Shown: positions 27,309-36,924, numbered from the stretch's first letter. The stretch is 64,000 nucleotides of DNA from Patescibacteria group bacterium (GCA_028865095.1 JAGWLA010000003.1:23243-87242), one strand, 5' to 3'. A program made the numbers and translations. Notes: generated by a model not told the origin, from the letters alone.

Positions 27309-27695
27309 ATGAACATCAACATCAAGGCCACCGGGATATCGCTCACCCCCGCCATATCGGAATACGCCGACAAGCGCCTGGCCAAAGCCGTCAAGCTCCT
27401 CGGCAGCGACCCCGCATTCATCGCCGACCTCGAGCTCGCCAAGACCAGCGCGCATCACCAGAAAGGCGACATATTCAGGGCCGAGATCCATATCGTCGGC
27501 AAGGGCAAAGACCTCTTCGCCGCCGCCGAGGACGCCGACCTATACGCGGCCATCGACGGCATGCGCGACGAGATCGTCCGCGAGATCCGCGCCAGCAAAG
27601 GCAAGAGCCTGTCGGTGGTGCGTCGGAGCGGAGCCATGGTCAAATCGATGGTCAAAGGCCTCTGGCCGTGGGGGTCGAGAGGTGATAGGATGTAG
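27309..27695 (+). CDS. hpf: Ribosome hibernation-promoting factor (RaiA/HPF family)
   Basis: 'MNINIKATGISLTPAISEYADKRLAKAVKLL...FRAEIHIV' is the classic HPF N-terminal domain. A TATAAT -10 lies about 30 nt upstream. Confidence 0.8.
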   Translation: MNINIKATGISLTPAISEYADKRLAKAVKLLGSDPAFIADLELAKTSAHHQKGDIFRAEIHIVGKGKDLFAAAEDADLYAAIDGMRDEIVREIRASKGKSLSVVRRSGAMVKSMVKGLWPWGSRGDRM

Positions 27696-27881
27696 CTCTA
27701 TGGCAGCAATCGCCGCAGAAAGGAGGCCCTTCTTCAGCTTCGACCTGCGCCAGCCGATCAATCAGTGGCTCGGCATCGCTCTCGTCGGCCTGATGTGCTT
27801 CTGGGTGGTGCTCTATTATCTCGTCAACAAGACCGCCGCTTTCGGCCAGGAAGTGTCGACGGCGAACGCCCAAGCTCCCGT

Positions 27882-28745
27882 TCACGCGGGCTTATAGCCG
27901 TAGCCCGCGCAGAAATCGCGGAAGGGCATCTCGCGCCCGCCTTCAGGCACGACCCTCTCGATCGCGAGCTTCCCGTCCTTGAACGACGCCGAGGCGATCT
28001 TGACGCGCAGCTTCTTCCCGCCCTTGTCGATGAAGAAATAGGCGGTCGGCCATTCATGGTAGGCCTGGATCTTGCGGAAATCGAGATAAGGGTCGGCGGC
28101 CAAGTCGATCAGGCCGTCCTCTTTCGATATCTTCCTGGTATAGGTGGCTTTCGAGCGGTCCTGCTCTTTCTCCTCGAGGGCGCCGGCGACCCACCGGGGC
28201 AGAGTCTCGGCCAGCAGCCGTCCGCCTTCGCGCGCCATCCTCTCCTCGAACTCCTCGTACGTCGGCCATTCGCCGACGGCCACGGCTTTTTGCGCCACGA
28301 TCGGCCCCTCGTCCATCTTCTCGTCGATGCGCATGATGGTGACGCCGGTCTCTTTGGCGTCGTCGAGCATGGCCGACTGCAGGGGCGACGCGCCGCGATA
28401 GGCGGGCAGAAGGGACGGGTGGACGTTCAGAGTGCGATGGGGCGGCAGGTCGATGATGGCCCCGGGGATGATCTTCCCGTATGACGCGACCGCGAAAGCC
28501 TCGTACGCGCCGCTTTTGAGCCGTTCGGCGAAGGCGGCGTCGAGCCGGGCCGGCTCGAGGACCGGGATGCCGCGCTGCGCAGCCCAGGCTTTCACCGGCG
28601 TCGGGGTCAATGCCAGCTTCCGGCCGGCGGGCTTGTCGGGCGCCGTCACCACGGCGGCCGGCGCCAGGCCGGCCTTCTCGAGCTCGTCGAGGACGAGGAC
28701 CGAGAAGCGGGAGCTGCCGAAGAAAGCGTAGCGCGGAGCGTTCAT
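27882..28745 (-). CDS. fmt: Methionyl-tRNA formyltransferase
   Basis: 'YAFFGSSRFSVLVLDEL', an SLLP motif 'NVHPSLLPAYRGASPLQ' and a C-terminal domain. The start was set at MNAPRY, overlapping the def stop by 4 nt. Confidence 0.9.
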   Translation of the reverse strand: MNAPRYAFFGSSRFSVLVLDELEKAGLAPAAVVTAPDKPAGRKLALTPTPVKAWAAQRGIPVLEPARLDAAFAERLKSGAYEAFAVASYGKIIPGAIIDLPPHRTLNVHPSLLPAYRGASPLQSAMLDDAKETGVTIMRIDEKMDEGPIVAQKAVAVGEWPTYEEFEERMAREGGRLLAETLPRWVAGALEEKEQDRSKATYTRKISKEDGLIDLAADPYLDFRKIQAYHEWPTAYFFIDKGGKKLRVKIASASFKDGKLAIERVVPEGGREMPFRDFCAGYGYKPA

Positions 28746-29281
28746 GGCTTCTGGAGGTCGGCGATCTCCTCGTCGCTCATCTCCCAGAGCTCGCGCGCCT
28801 TGTCGGTGAAGAGGATTCCTTCGAGGTGGTCGCATTCGTGCTGGAAGATCTGGGCGAGAAGGCCGGAAGCGCCGCGCTCGACCCGGGCGCCGGTCTCGTC
28901 ATATGCCTTGAGGGAAGCCCGGGTGGAGCGCTTGATCTTGCCGTAGAGCCAGCGCACGGACAGGCAGCCTTCCTCGACCTCGCGCTTGTCGCGGGAGAGC
29001 TTGACGATCTCGGGGTCGATGAACACGAGGTCCTTGTCGCCGCCCTTGTAGCTGCGGTCCGCCTGGCTCAAGAGCGCGCCGGAGACCACGAATATGCGGA
29101 GGGATTCGCCGATCTGGGGAGCGGCAAGGGCCACGCCGTCTTTCTGGGCGTGCATGGCGGCTTTCATGTCGGCGATGACCTTCTGGATGCGCGGCGACGC
29201 GATCTCTTCGGCGGGCACCTTCTTGGCCTTCGCCCGCAGGATCGGATCGTCGCGCTGGACGATGTCTCTCATGACGGACAC
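28742..29281 (-). CDS. def: Peptide deformylase
   Basis: 'GVALAAPQIG', 'EGCLSV' and 'QHECDHLEG' motifs. Confidence 0.95.
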   Translation of the reverse strand: MSVMRDIVQRDDPILRAKAKKVPAEEIASPRIQKVIADMKAAMHAQKDGVALAAPQIGESLRIFVVSGALLSQADRSYKGGDKDLVFIDPEIVKLSRDKREVEEGCLSVRWLYGKIKRSTRASLKAYDETGARVERGASGLLAQIFQHECDHLEGILFTDKARELWEMSDEEIADLQKP

Positions 29282-29285
29282 TATA

Positions 29286-31208
29286 TCAAAGCAGGCTCTC
29301 GGGGTCTATCTTGACCGTCACCCGGGGGGGAAGAAGGCGCAATTTGGCGACGAGGCCGTGGTCGGGCCATTCCTTGCGCGGGACCTTGATCAGGCCGTGG
29401 ATGACGGAGTTCCCGCGCGCGGCGGCGGTGAAGGCGGGGAAGACGTCGACCTCGCGGGGCGACGCGAGGGCCTGGATCTCGCCCATCTCTTTGGCGATGG
29501 CCTCTTTCTTGCCTTCCAGGGTGATCTTGATGAGCGTCTCATACGGGGGGTAGCCGAACTTCTTCCGGTCCTCGGCGGTGCTCCGGTAGAAATCCGACAA
29601 GTTGCCTTTGAGGGCGTACTCGAAGACGCGCTCCTCGCTCCTGCGCGTCTGGACGATGAACGTGCGCTCGGCCAGCGAGCGGAGCCTCGCCAGGGCGTAC
29701 ATGATGCGCTCCTCGACGCGGAAGTCGGGCAGGGCGAAGAGCGAATCGAGCGACGCCACTGCCGCATGCTCGACCCGGTCGGCGATATGGGAAAGGGCCA
29801 CTTCGGTGCCGATCAGGACGCCGCCCGGCTTGGCCTTGAAGCGGGCCAAAGCGTCGGCGATCCTCGCTTCGGTGGCGGTCGAGTCGGCGTCCACCTTGAA
29901 AGGCTTCAAGCCGGGGAAGCGCTCCTTGAGCTCCTTCTCGACCAGCTCGATGCCGACGCCGAGGGGGGACAGGCGCCAGCCGCCGCAGGAAGAGCAGGTC
30001 TCGTCGGCGCTGCGGCGCTCGCCGCAGACGTGGCAGAGGAAGAAATTCGCTCCGGAACGCCCCGCGTGGAGGACGACCGGCGCCGCGCAGCGGCGGCAGG
30101 AGACGATCGTCTGGCAGTCGTCGCAGACGGTCACCGGCGAGAGGCCGCGCCGCGAGGCTAAAATGAAGAGGCGCGTGTTCTCCTCGATGTTCTTCGCCAC
30201 CAGGGCCTCGAGCTCCGGCGAGAGGGCCCGGAACGAGCCGCCGGCCGCCGCCGCGGCGCGCATGTCGACGAGGGCGTCTTTGGCGGTCGAGATCGAGCGC
30301 CATTTGAACGGGGAGCCTTCGGCGGCGTCCTTCGCCTCGAGGCGCTCGAGCGTCTCGGCCCTGACGAGGATGTCGGCGAGATAGACCGCTTTGCGGGCCC
30401 GGCGGGCGGCCGTCTCGATGGCGTGGCGCATGTCGACGTACGGGGCGCGCTTCGACACCCAGCCGCGGCCGTTCTCGCGCTCGATGACGACGCTGTCGAT
30501 GTCTCCGCGGGGCAGGACCGCGAACGGGCCGCTCGCCACGATCACCACCGGGTGGTCGGTGTCGGCCGCCGTCCGCCAGGCGTCGACGACTTTCTTGGCC
30601 GTCATGCCGGGATGGAACATGAAGATATAGCCCTCGATGCCTTTCTCGAGCGCCGCGTAGAGCTGGCGGGCGTCTTCGGCGGTCGGGAGATGGAACGCCA
30701 CCGAGCGCTTGCGGGCGAATTCCTGGCGGACGAGGCTGCGCCAGGCGCTCAAACGGTCGGCGTCGTCGCCCTGGACGACGCAGGTCTCGTCCATGGACGG
30801 CCCTTGCCGGGCCGATGGGCCCGCGGTCCCCAGCAGGCTGGCTTGGACGGGCAGAGGGGGAGGGATGCGCCCGGCGCTCTCGAGGACCGTCTCGGAGACA
30901 AGCGACCGGAGCACGGCTCCCGTCGTCGCGGCATAGTGCTCGGCGAGCGCCGCGCACGCCTCGAGGAAGGCGGCAGGGAAGAACGCCGAGGCTTTGACCG
31001 CCCCCAGCTTCCGTATCTCGAAAGGGGCGCTCTTGATCTCGGCTTTGAGGTCGGCCGCAGGGCGGGAGCCGGAGACGACGGCGTGGATGGCCTTGGACCG
31101 GAGCGGCACGGTCACGATCGCGCCCACCGGCACGTCGGACGCGGTGAAATACGAAAGCTCCGGGGCCACCTTGGACCGGGTGATGGGGATGACGGTGATG
31201 ATGTTCAT
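29286..31208 (-). CDS. priA: Primosomal protein N' (PriA) homolog with apparently degenerate Walker A and B motifs
   Basis: PriA-type paired Cys4 zinc region 'CDDCQTIVSCRRC...CHVCGERRSADETCSSCGG', a C-terminal domain and 'DRLSAW' helicase-lobe landmarks. The expected GxGKT reads 'GDDAD' and DEEH reads 'EREN' (aligned by eye). Confidence 0.75.
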   Translation of the reverse strand: MNIITVIPITRSKVAPELSYFTASDVPVGAIVTVPLRSKAIHAVVSGSRPAADLKAEIKSAPFEIRKLGAVKASAFFPAAFLEACAALAEHYAATTGAVLRSLVSETVLESAGRIPPPLPVQASLLGTAGPSARQGPSMDETCVVQGDDADRLSAWRSLVRQEFARKRSVAFHLPTAEDARQLYAALEKGIEGYIFMFHPGMTAKKVVDAWRTAADTDHPVVIVASGPFAVLPRGDIDSVVIERENGRGWVSKRAPYVDMRHAIETAARRARKAVYLADILVRAETLERLEAKDAAEGSPFKWRSISTAKDALVDMRAAAAAGGSFRALSPELEALVAKNIEENTRLFILASRRGLSPVTVCDDCQTIVSCRRCAAPVVLHAGRSGANFFLCHVCGERRSADETCSSCGGWRLSPLGVGIELVEKELKERFPGLKPFKVDADSTATEARIADALARFKAKPGGVLIGTEVALSHIADRVEHAAVASLDSLFALPDFRVEERIMYALARLRSLAERTFIVQTRRSEERVFEYALKGNLSDFYRSTAEDRKKFGYPPYETLIKITLEGKKEAIAKEMGEIQALASPREVDVFPAFTAAARGNSVIHGLIKVPRKEWPDHGLVAKLRLLPPRVTVKIDPESLL

Positions 31209-31261
31209 CGCCCTATTTATACCCCGAAAGGGCCGCGGCGACAGTCTTGACAGGAGTGTTT

Positions 31262-32782
31262 TTATAGGTCCCTGAAAGTCTCGATCTTGGCGCCGATGGA
31301 ATTCAGGCGCGCCGCGAGGTCCTCGTATCCGCGGTTGATGTTATAGACGTTGCGCAGGATGGACGTGCCGGGCGCGGCGAGCATGCCGATCAGGATGATG
31401 ACCGAGGGGCGCAGGGCCGGCGGGCATATGATCTCGGCGGTCTTGAAGCGGGCCGGGCCTTTGACGTAGAAGCGGTGGGGGTCGGCCAGGATGGTGTCCA
31501 CCCCGAGCTTGTCGAGCTCCTTGTAATAGATGGCGCGCTCCTCGTACGACCAGTCATGGATGAAGGTCTGGCCTTCCGCCACTGCGGCGATGACGGCGAA
31601 GAAGGGGAGGTTGTCCATGTTCAGGCCGGGATAGGGGAGGGCGTGGATCTTCTCGTCGAGGGCGACGAGCTTCGAAGGATGGGTCTTCAGGTCGACGAGC
31701 TTGACCCGGCCGTTCAAGCCCGCATAGCTCTTCAGGATGTCGTAGCGGAAGCCCATCTTCTCGAGCTTGAGGAGCTCCATCTCGATGAAATCGATCGGGC
31801 AGCGCTCGATGACGATCGACGAGCCGGTGACGATGGCGGCGGCGATGAGCGACATGGCTTCGATGGGGTCTTCGCCGATGTGATATTCCACGGGGGCGTC
31901 GATCCGCTCGACGCCGTGGACGGTGAGGGTGGAAGTGCCGATCCCTTCGATTTTGACGCCGAGCTGCTCGAGATAGAAGCACATGTCCTGGACCTGGTAG
32001 TTGGCCGACGCGTACTTGATGATGGTGGTGCCGGGGATCTTGGCGGCGGCCATGAGCACGGCTTCGGTGACGGTGTCGCCGGCCTCATAGAGGACGATCT
32101 CGCTCGGGCGGAGCCCCGAATGGGAGACGTCGTAATGGCGCGAGCTCGCCTCGATCGAGATGCCGAGCTTCTCGAGGGCGTAGAAGTACGGCTTGACCGT
32201 GCGCGAGCCGAGGCGGCAGCCGCCCGCTTGGGGGATGGAGAAAGCCTTCTCCCGATGGACGAGGGAGCCGATGAGCATGATGCAGCTCCTGGTCTTGGCG
32301 GCCGCGTCGTAGTCGATCTCGCCGAGGCGGAGCTTGGCGGGAGGGGTGATGGTCAGGTCGTTCCCGCTCCATGAAGCGCCGACGCCGATGGACTGGAGGA
32401 CTTCGACGATCCTGAATACCTCCTCGATCTTCGGGGCGTTCTTGAGCACGGTCGGGCTCTCGTTCAGCAGGGACGCGCAGAGGATGCCGACGGCGCCGTT
32501 CTTCGAGGTTCGCACGGTGATGTTCCCGCGGAGCTTCCGGCCCCCTTCGACCTTGAAATTGATCGTGCCGCCTTTCGACAGGCTGACGATCTCGCGGTCG
32601 AGGGCGGCGCTGATCCGGGCCAGCGTCTTGGTGGAGAGGTTCTGCTCGCCTTTCTCGATGCGGGCCACCGCGCTCTGGGTGGTGCCGACTTTCTTGGCGA
32701 GCTCGGCCTGGGTGAGGCCGCGGTCTTCGCGGAGGCGGGCGATGAGGGATCCGATATGTTCGAGCGATCGGTCTTTTTTCAT
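31262..32782 (-). CDS. murA: XRE-family HTH domain fused to UDP-N-acetylglucosamine 1-carboxyvinyltransferase
   Basis: Residues 1-65 are a Cro/C1-type HTH ('LTQAELAKKVGTTQSAVARIEKGEQNLSTKTLARISAAL'). Residues about 75-506 are full-length MurA ('KLRGNITVRTSKNGAVGILCASLL', catalytic 'PQAGGCRLGSRTV', C-terminal 'NINRGYEDLAARLNSIGAKIE'). Confidence 0.85.
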   Translation of the reverse strand: MKKDRSLEHIGSLIARLREDRGLTQAELAKKVGTTQSAVARIEKGEQNLSTKTLARISAALDREIVSLSKGGTINFKVEGGRKLRGNITVRTSKNGAVGILCASLLNESPTVLKNAPKIEEVFRIVEVLQSIGVGASWSGNDLTITPPAKLRLGEIDYDAAAKTRSCIMLIGSLVHREKAFSIPQAGGCRLGSRTVKPYFYALEKLGISIEASSRHYDVSHSGLRPSEIVLYEAGDTVTEAVLMAAAKIPGTTIIKYASANYQVQDMCFYLEQLGVKIEGIGTSTLTVHGVERIDAPVEYHIGEDPIEAMSLIAAAIVTGSSIVIERCPIDFIEMELLKLEKMGFRYDILKSYAGLNGRVKLVDLKTHPSKLVALDEKIHALPYPGLNMDNLPFFAVIAAVAEGQTFIHDWSYEERAIYYKELDKLGVDTILADPHRFYVKGPARFKTAEIICPPALRPSVIILIGMLAAPGTSILRNVYNINRGYEDLAARLNSIGAKIETFRDL

Positions 32783-32840
32783 AGGGAAGGGGATTTGTAT
32801 TCATAAGGCGGCGCAGGGCCGCTAATAGGCTGTTCGTCTA

Positions 32841-32858
32841 TTATAGCATATATGCTAT
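32841..32858 (+). promoter_or_regulatory. Perfect 18-bp palindrome TATAGCATATATGCTATA in the HTH-murA upstream region (candidate operator)
   Basis: It lies about 60 bp upstream of the HTH-murA start codon, in a divergent AT-rich intergenic region. Confidence 0.4.
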
Positions 32859-32960
32859 ATGCTTTTCAAGGGGTGTGGATAGCCGGAAGAGGCTGTACGC
32901 AGGGAATGATGTGGCTGGGCCATCATCTATGATAATATTGCGGACATAACCACAGCTACA

Positions 32961-33242
32961 ATGAAGATATTCATCGCAGGAGGCATGTCTAGATACGCGG
33001 GACATCGCGCTATCGGAATAATCGGTTGGTACGGAGTGGCCGCGACCATCGCGGCATATATTCTGGTGAGCTTCGGCGCATTGCCGCCGGCGAGCCTTTG
33101 GTATCAAGGCCTGAATCTCACGGGCGCGCTCGGCGTTACGATCGAGACGTGGGTGCGTCGCGACTATCAGCCGTTCTGGCTCAATCTCATCTGGGCTGTC
33201 ATCGCTGCCTCAGCTATCGTCAATCTATCGATCCATATCTGA
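32961..33242 (+). CDS. Hypothetical small membrane protein (93 aa, 3 TM)
   Basis: Hydrophobic ORF divergent from murA. Confidence 0.4.
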   Translation: MKIFIAGGMSRYAGHRAIGIIGWYGVAATIAAYILVSFGALPPASLWYQGLNLTGALGVTIETWVRRDYQPFWLNLIWAVIAASAIVNLSIHI

Positions 33243-33500
33243 AGCGCGTATCATCCTGCCGCGCGGGCCTCCCCGTTCTGCCTATCGATGGGTTTTTGTA
33301 GCCGTGGGATCCCACGGCTACAAAAACTAGCGTGCATGACCGGCACATCGTGCGCCCCAAAGTGAACTCCCAAAGTGAACACGGACAATCAAGCACAATC
33401 AAAAGAGCCCGTTTCGATGGAGCGCGCCGGCGCCCCGGCCCTTCGCGGCCGGAGCGGGTTCTTCTCCTCCCGCACCCTATATGCTATAGTCGCCTCACTT

Positions 33501-34514
33501 ATGAGCATATTCTCCTCGAAGCTCGGCATCGACCTCGGCACGGCCAATACGCTCGTTTTCGTGCCCGGCAAGGGCATCGTCCTGAACGAACCGTCGGTCG
33601 TGGCCGTCTCGGAGGTCGACAAGCGCGTCATGGCGGTCGGCAACGAGGCCAAAGAGATGGTCGGCCGCACGCCCGATTCTATCATCGCCTATCGCCCCAT
33701 GAAGGACGGGGTCATCGCCGATTACCGGGTGACCGAGGCCATGCTCCGCTATTTCATCGACAAGTCCCTCGGCAGGTTCTCCCTCTGGAAGCCCGAAGTG
33801 ATGGTCTCCGTGCCTGCGGGCGTGACTTCGACCGAGCGCCGCGCCGTCATCGAGGCGGCTCTCCGGGCGGGCGCCAAGAACGCCTACGTGGTCAAGGAGC
33901 CCATCCTGGCGGCCATCGGAGCCGGCATCCCCATCCAGGAGGCCCGCGGCCACATGGTGGTGGACATCGGCGGCGGCACCACCGACGTGGCGGTCATCTC
34001 CCTCGGCGGCATCGTCTCTTCGACGTCGGTCAAAGTGGCGGGCACCAAGCTCGACGCGGCCATCGCCGACCATATCAAGAAGAACTTCAACCTGGCCATC
34101 GGCGACCACATGTCCGAGATCATCAAGATCCAGATCGGCTCCGCCATCCCTCTCGACCAGGAGCTCGCCATGACCGTTAAGGGCCGCGACTTCATCTCCG
34201 GCCTGCCGCGCTCGACCGAGATCAAGACCAATGAGATCGTCAAAGCCCTGGCGTCCCCGCTCCGCGACATGATCAAAGCCATCAAGGACGTCCTCCAGGA
34301 GACGCCGCCCGAGCTCGCGGCCGACATCATCGACCAGGGCATCACCATGACCGGCGGCTCGTCCCTCCTGCGCAACCTGCCCGAGCTCGTCTTCCGCCGC
34401 ACGGGCGTCAAAGCCCAGCTCGCCGAAGACCCCTTGCTGTGCGTGGTCAAAGGGACCGGCATCGCCCTCGACCACCTCGACGTCTACAAGAAGGCGATCG
34501 TCAGCAAGCGGTAG
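33501..34514 (+). CDS. mreB: Rod-shape-determining protein MreB (paralog 1)
   Basis: 'GIDLGTANTLVFV', 'EPSVVAV', 'VVDIGGGTTDVAVISLGG' actin-fold motifs. The start was set at MSIFSSKLG. Confidence 0.9.
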   Translation: MSIFSSKLGIDLGTANTLVFVPGKGIVLNEPSVVAVSEVDKRVMAVGNEAKEMVGRTPDSIIAYRPMKDGVIADYRVTEAMLRYFIDKSLGRFSLWKPEVMVSVPAGVTSTERRAVIEAALRAGAKNAYVVKEPILAAIGAGIPIQEARGHMVVDIGGGTTDVAVISLGGIVSSTSVKVAGTKLDAAIADHIKKNFNLAIGDHMSEIIKIQIGSAIPLDQELAMTVKGRDFISGLPRSTEIKTNEIVKALASPLRDMIKAIKDVLQETPPELAADIIDQGITMTGGSSLLRNLPELVFRRTGVKAQLAEDPLLCVVKGTGIALDHLDVYKKAIVSKR

Positions 34515-34526
34515 TATAATGAGGGC

Positions 34527-35204
34527 ATGCTCTCGCATCACGCCAACCTTCTGATCGGCGGCGCTTCCGCCCATGACGGGCTCGTCTCGGCGCTCGAGAA
34601 GAGCCGGAAAGCCCGCGTCCGCGGCGACCCCGACTTCATCGACCGGGCATACGGGACGTTCGCTATCGGCGACGCCCGCGACCTGAAAGCGCTGGCCGCG
34701 ACCAGGCCGGCAGGGAAGGACGGCAGGAAGATATTCGTCCTGACGATGGACGGCATCACCCTGGAAGCCCAGAACGCCCTGCTGAAGCTCCTGGAAGAGC
34801 CGCCGGAGCGCGCGCATTTCTTCCTGATCGTGCCGTCTGCGCATCTCCTTCTGCCGACTGTGCTGTCGCGCCTCTCGCTCATGGACGCGCCCGCAGGAGT
34901 CGGCGCCCTTTCCCGGAAAGAGGCGGCCGATCGCGGCCCGTCCGCGGAAGCGCGCGCATTCCTGGCCATGGCGGTCCCCGAGCGCCTCGCCGCCGCCAAG
35001 AAGCTCGTCGACGCCGTCTCCAAGGAGAAGAAGACGAAGCGCGAGGCCATCGGCTTCCTCGACGCGGTCGAAGCGGCCGTCCGCGAGCGAGGGGTCAGAG
35101 AGAACGTCCGCGCGCTCGAGGCCATCGAAGCCGCCCGGAGATATGCCGACGACCGGGCGCCGTCGCTGAAGATGCTCCTCGAATATGTCGCTTTGAGCGT
35201 TTAA
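34527..35204 (+). CDS. DNA polymerase III delta-prime-like subunit (short, no Walker A)
   Basis: 'NALLKLLEEPPERAHFFLIVPSAHLLLPTVLSRLS' matches the clamp-loader delta-prime sensor region. Confidence 0.55.
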   Translation: MLSHHANLLIGGASAHDGLVSALEKSRKARVRGDPDFIDRAYGTFAIGDARDLKALAATRPAGKDGRKIFVLTMDGITLEAQNALLKLLEEPPERAHFFLIVPSAHLLLPTVLSRLSLMDAPAGVGALSRKEAADRGPSAEARAFLAMAVPERLAAAKKLVDAVSKEKKTKREAIGFLDAVEAAVRERGVRENVRALEAIEAARRYADDRAPSLKMLLEYVALSV

Positions 35205-35219
35205 TGCTATAATCCGGCC

Positions 35220-35771
35220 ATGACATACGATTTCAACCCGTTCAAGAAGCAGCTCGCCGGCGCCGAAGAGTGGCTCAAGAAGGAGATGGGCCAGATCCGC
35301 ACCGGCCAAGCTTCGCCGTCCGTGCTCGACGGAGTCAAAGTCGAGGCATACGGGGCGCCCATGGCCCTCAAGGAAGTGGCGAGCGTCATGATCGAGGGCG
35401 CCCGCACGCTGCGCATAGCCCCGTGGGACAGGGCCCAGATCAAGGAGATCGAGAAGGCCATCACCAAGGCCGACCTCGGCTTGTCGGTGGTCGTCGACGA
35501 CCAGGGGGTCAGGGTCAATTTCCCCGAGCTGACGTCCGACCGCCGCAAGGACATCGCCAAAGCGGCGAAAGATAAGCTCGAAGACGCCAAGAAGCAGGTC
35601 CGCGGCCACCGCGACTCCGTCATCAAGGACCTCCAGGCCAAGGAGAAAGCCGGCGGCTTCGGCAAAGACGACATCTTCCGCCTGAAGAACGACATCCAGA
35701 AGCTCATCGACGAGTCGAATAAGAGGCTCGAGGAGGCTTATGAGAAGAAGGAGAAGGAGATCGTAGGCTAG
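35220..35771 (+). CDS. frr: Ribosome recycling factor
   Basis: A 183-aa RRF pattern: 'RTGQASPSVLDGVKVEAYG', 'ITKADLGL'. Confidence 0.9.
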   Translation: MTYDFNPFKKQLAGAEEWLKKEMGQIRTGQASPSVLDGVKVEAYGAPMALKEVASVMIEGARTLRIAPWDRAQIKEIEKAITKADLGLSVVVDDQGVRVNFPELTSDRRKDIAKAAKDKLEDAKKQVRGHRDSVIKDLQAKEKAGGFGKDDIFRLKNDIQKLIDESNKRLEEAYEKKEKEIVG

Positions 35772-35784
35772 CCATCACGGGAGC

Positions 35785-36903
35785 ATGAGCATCGGCGCCA
35801 TCGTCATATTCGTCATCGTCCTGGCCGCGCTCATCTTCGTGCACGAGCTCGGCCATTTCCTGGCGGCCAAGGCGTTCGGCATACGGGTCGACGCCTTCAA
35901 GCTCGGCTTCGGGCCGAGGGTCTTCTCATGGAAGAGAGGTGAGACGGAATACGGCGTGAACTGGATCCCGTTCGGCGGCTACGTGAAGATCTTCGGCGAG
36001 GACCCGGATGGAGCGGCCCTCGATCCCGCGGGCTCCGACGCCCGGCGGAGCTTCGTCCTCAAGGCCCGGTGGAAGCAGGCAGTCGTCCTCTCGGCCGGCG
36101 TGCTCTTCAATTTCATATTCGCGTGGCTGCTCTATGCCGGGGCTTTCACGGCCGGCGTGACCGCGTCGACCGACGGGTTCCAGCAGTATGCGAGCCATCT
36201 CACCGACCCTCGGATCATGGTCACGTCCGTCGTGCCCGGATCGCCGGCGGACAAAGCCGGCGTGAAGGCGGGGGATACCGTCGAAGGCGTCATATCCGGC
36301 GGCGTCGACGCGACCGGCAAGGCCGGGCCGGTCGCCATCAAGGACGTCCAGGATGCGATAGCCTCTTCGGACGGCGCGCCGCTCGAGCTTCTGACCGATA
36401 AAGGAGCCGTCGGCATGACCGGAGTCGAGGGCCTCGTCCCCGGCAAGTACGCCATCGGCATCGCCATGGACGACGTGGCCGAGCTGAAGCTGCCGTTCTT
36501 CGCGGCGGTCGGCGAAAGCTTCCGCTATACGCTGGAGCTCATCAAAGAGACGGCCGTCGGCCTGTATCAGTTCGTCGCCAACATCTTCGTCGGGCATCCT
36601 GACCTCGCGGACGTGGCGGGGCCCGTCGGCATCGCCGGCATCGTCGGCAACGCCGCGCGGATGGGCATCACCTATCTCGTCATGGTCACCGCCATCATCT
36701 CCGTCAATCTGGGCGTCATCAATCTCATCCCGTTCCCGGCCCTCGACGGCGGCCGCATCCTCTTCGTGGCCGTGGAAGGCGCCTTCCGCCGCCGCATCCC
36801 GCCGCGCTTCGCCAATGCGGTCAACCTGGCCGGCTTCGCCCTCCTCATGATCCTGATGGTCGCCGTCACCTGGAAGGACGTCGCGCAGTTGGTCGCGGGC
36901 TGA
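35785..36903 (+). CDS. rseP: RIP (site-2) zinc metalloprotease RseP/YaeL family with a PDZ domain
   Basis: HExxH 'HELGHFLAAK', a central PDZ domain and a C-terminal 'LNLIPFPALDGG'. Confidence 0.8.
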   Translation: MSIGAIVIFVIVLAALIFVHELGHFLAAKAFGIRVDAFKLGFGPRVFSWKRGETEYGVNWIPFGGYVKIFGEDPDGAALDPAGSDARRSFVLKARWKQAVVLSAGVLFNFIFAWLLYAGAFTAGVTASTDGFQQYASHLTDPRIMVTSVVPGSPADKAGVKAGDTVEGVISGGVDATGKAGPVAIKDVQDAIASSDGAPLELLTDKGAVGMTGVEGLVPGKYAIGIAMDDVAELKLPFFAAVGESFRYTLELIKETAVGLYQFVANIFVGHPDLADVAGPVGIAGIVGNAARMGITYLVMVTAIISVNLGVINLIPFPALDGGRILFVAVEGAFRRRIPPRFANAVNLAGFALLMILMVAVTWKDVAQLVAG

Positions 36904-36924
36904 TTGTGCGCTATCATTCTCGCC

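Noticed and set aside
27700-27897. Small membrane-protein ORF (about 65 aa) between hpf and fmt
   Set aside because: It has one hydrophobic helix and host-like codons, but overlaps the fmt 3' end convergently and has no homology. Evidence is too weak to list as a feature.
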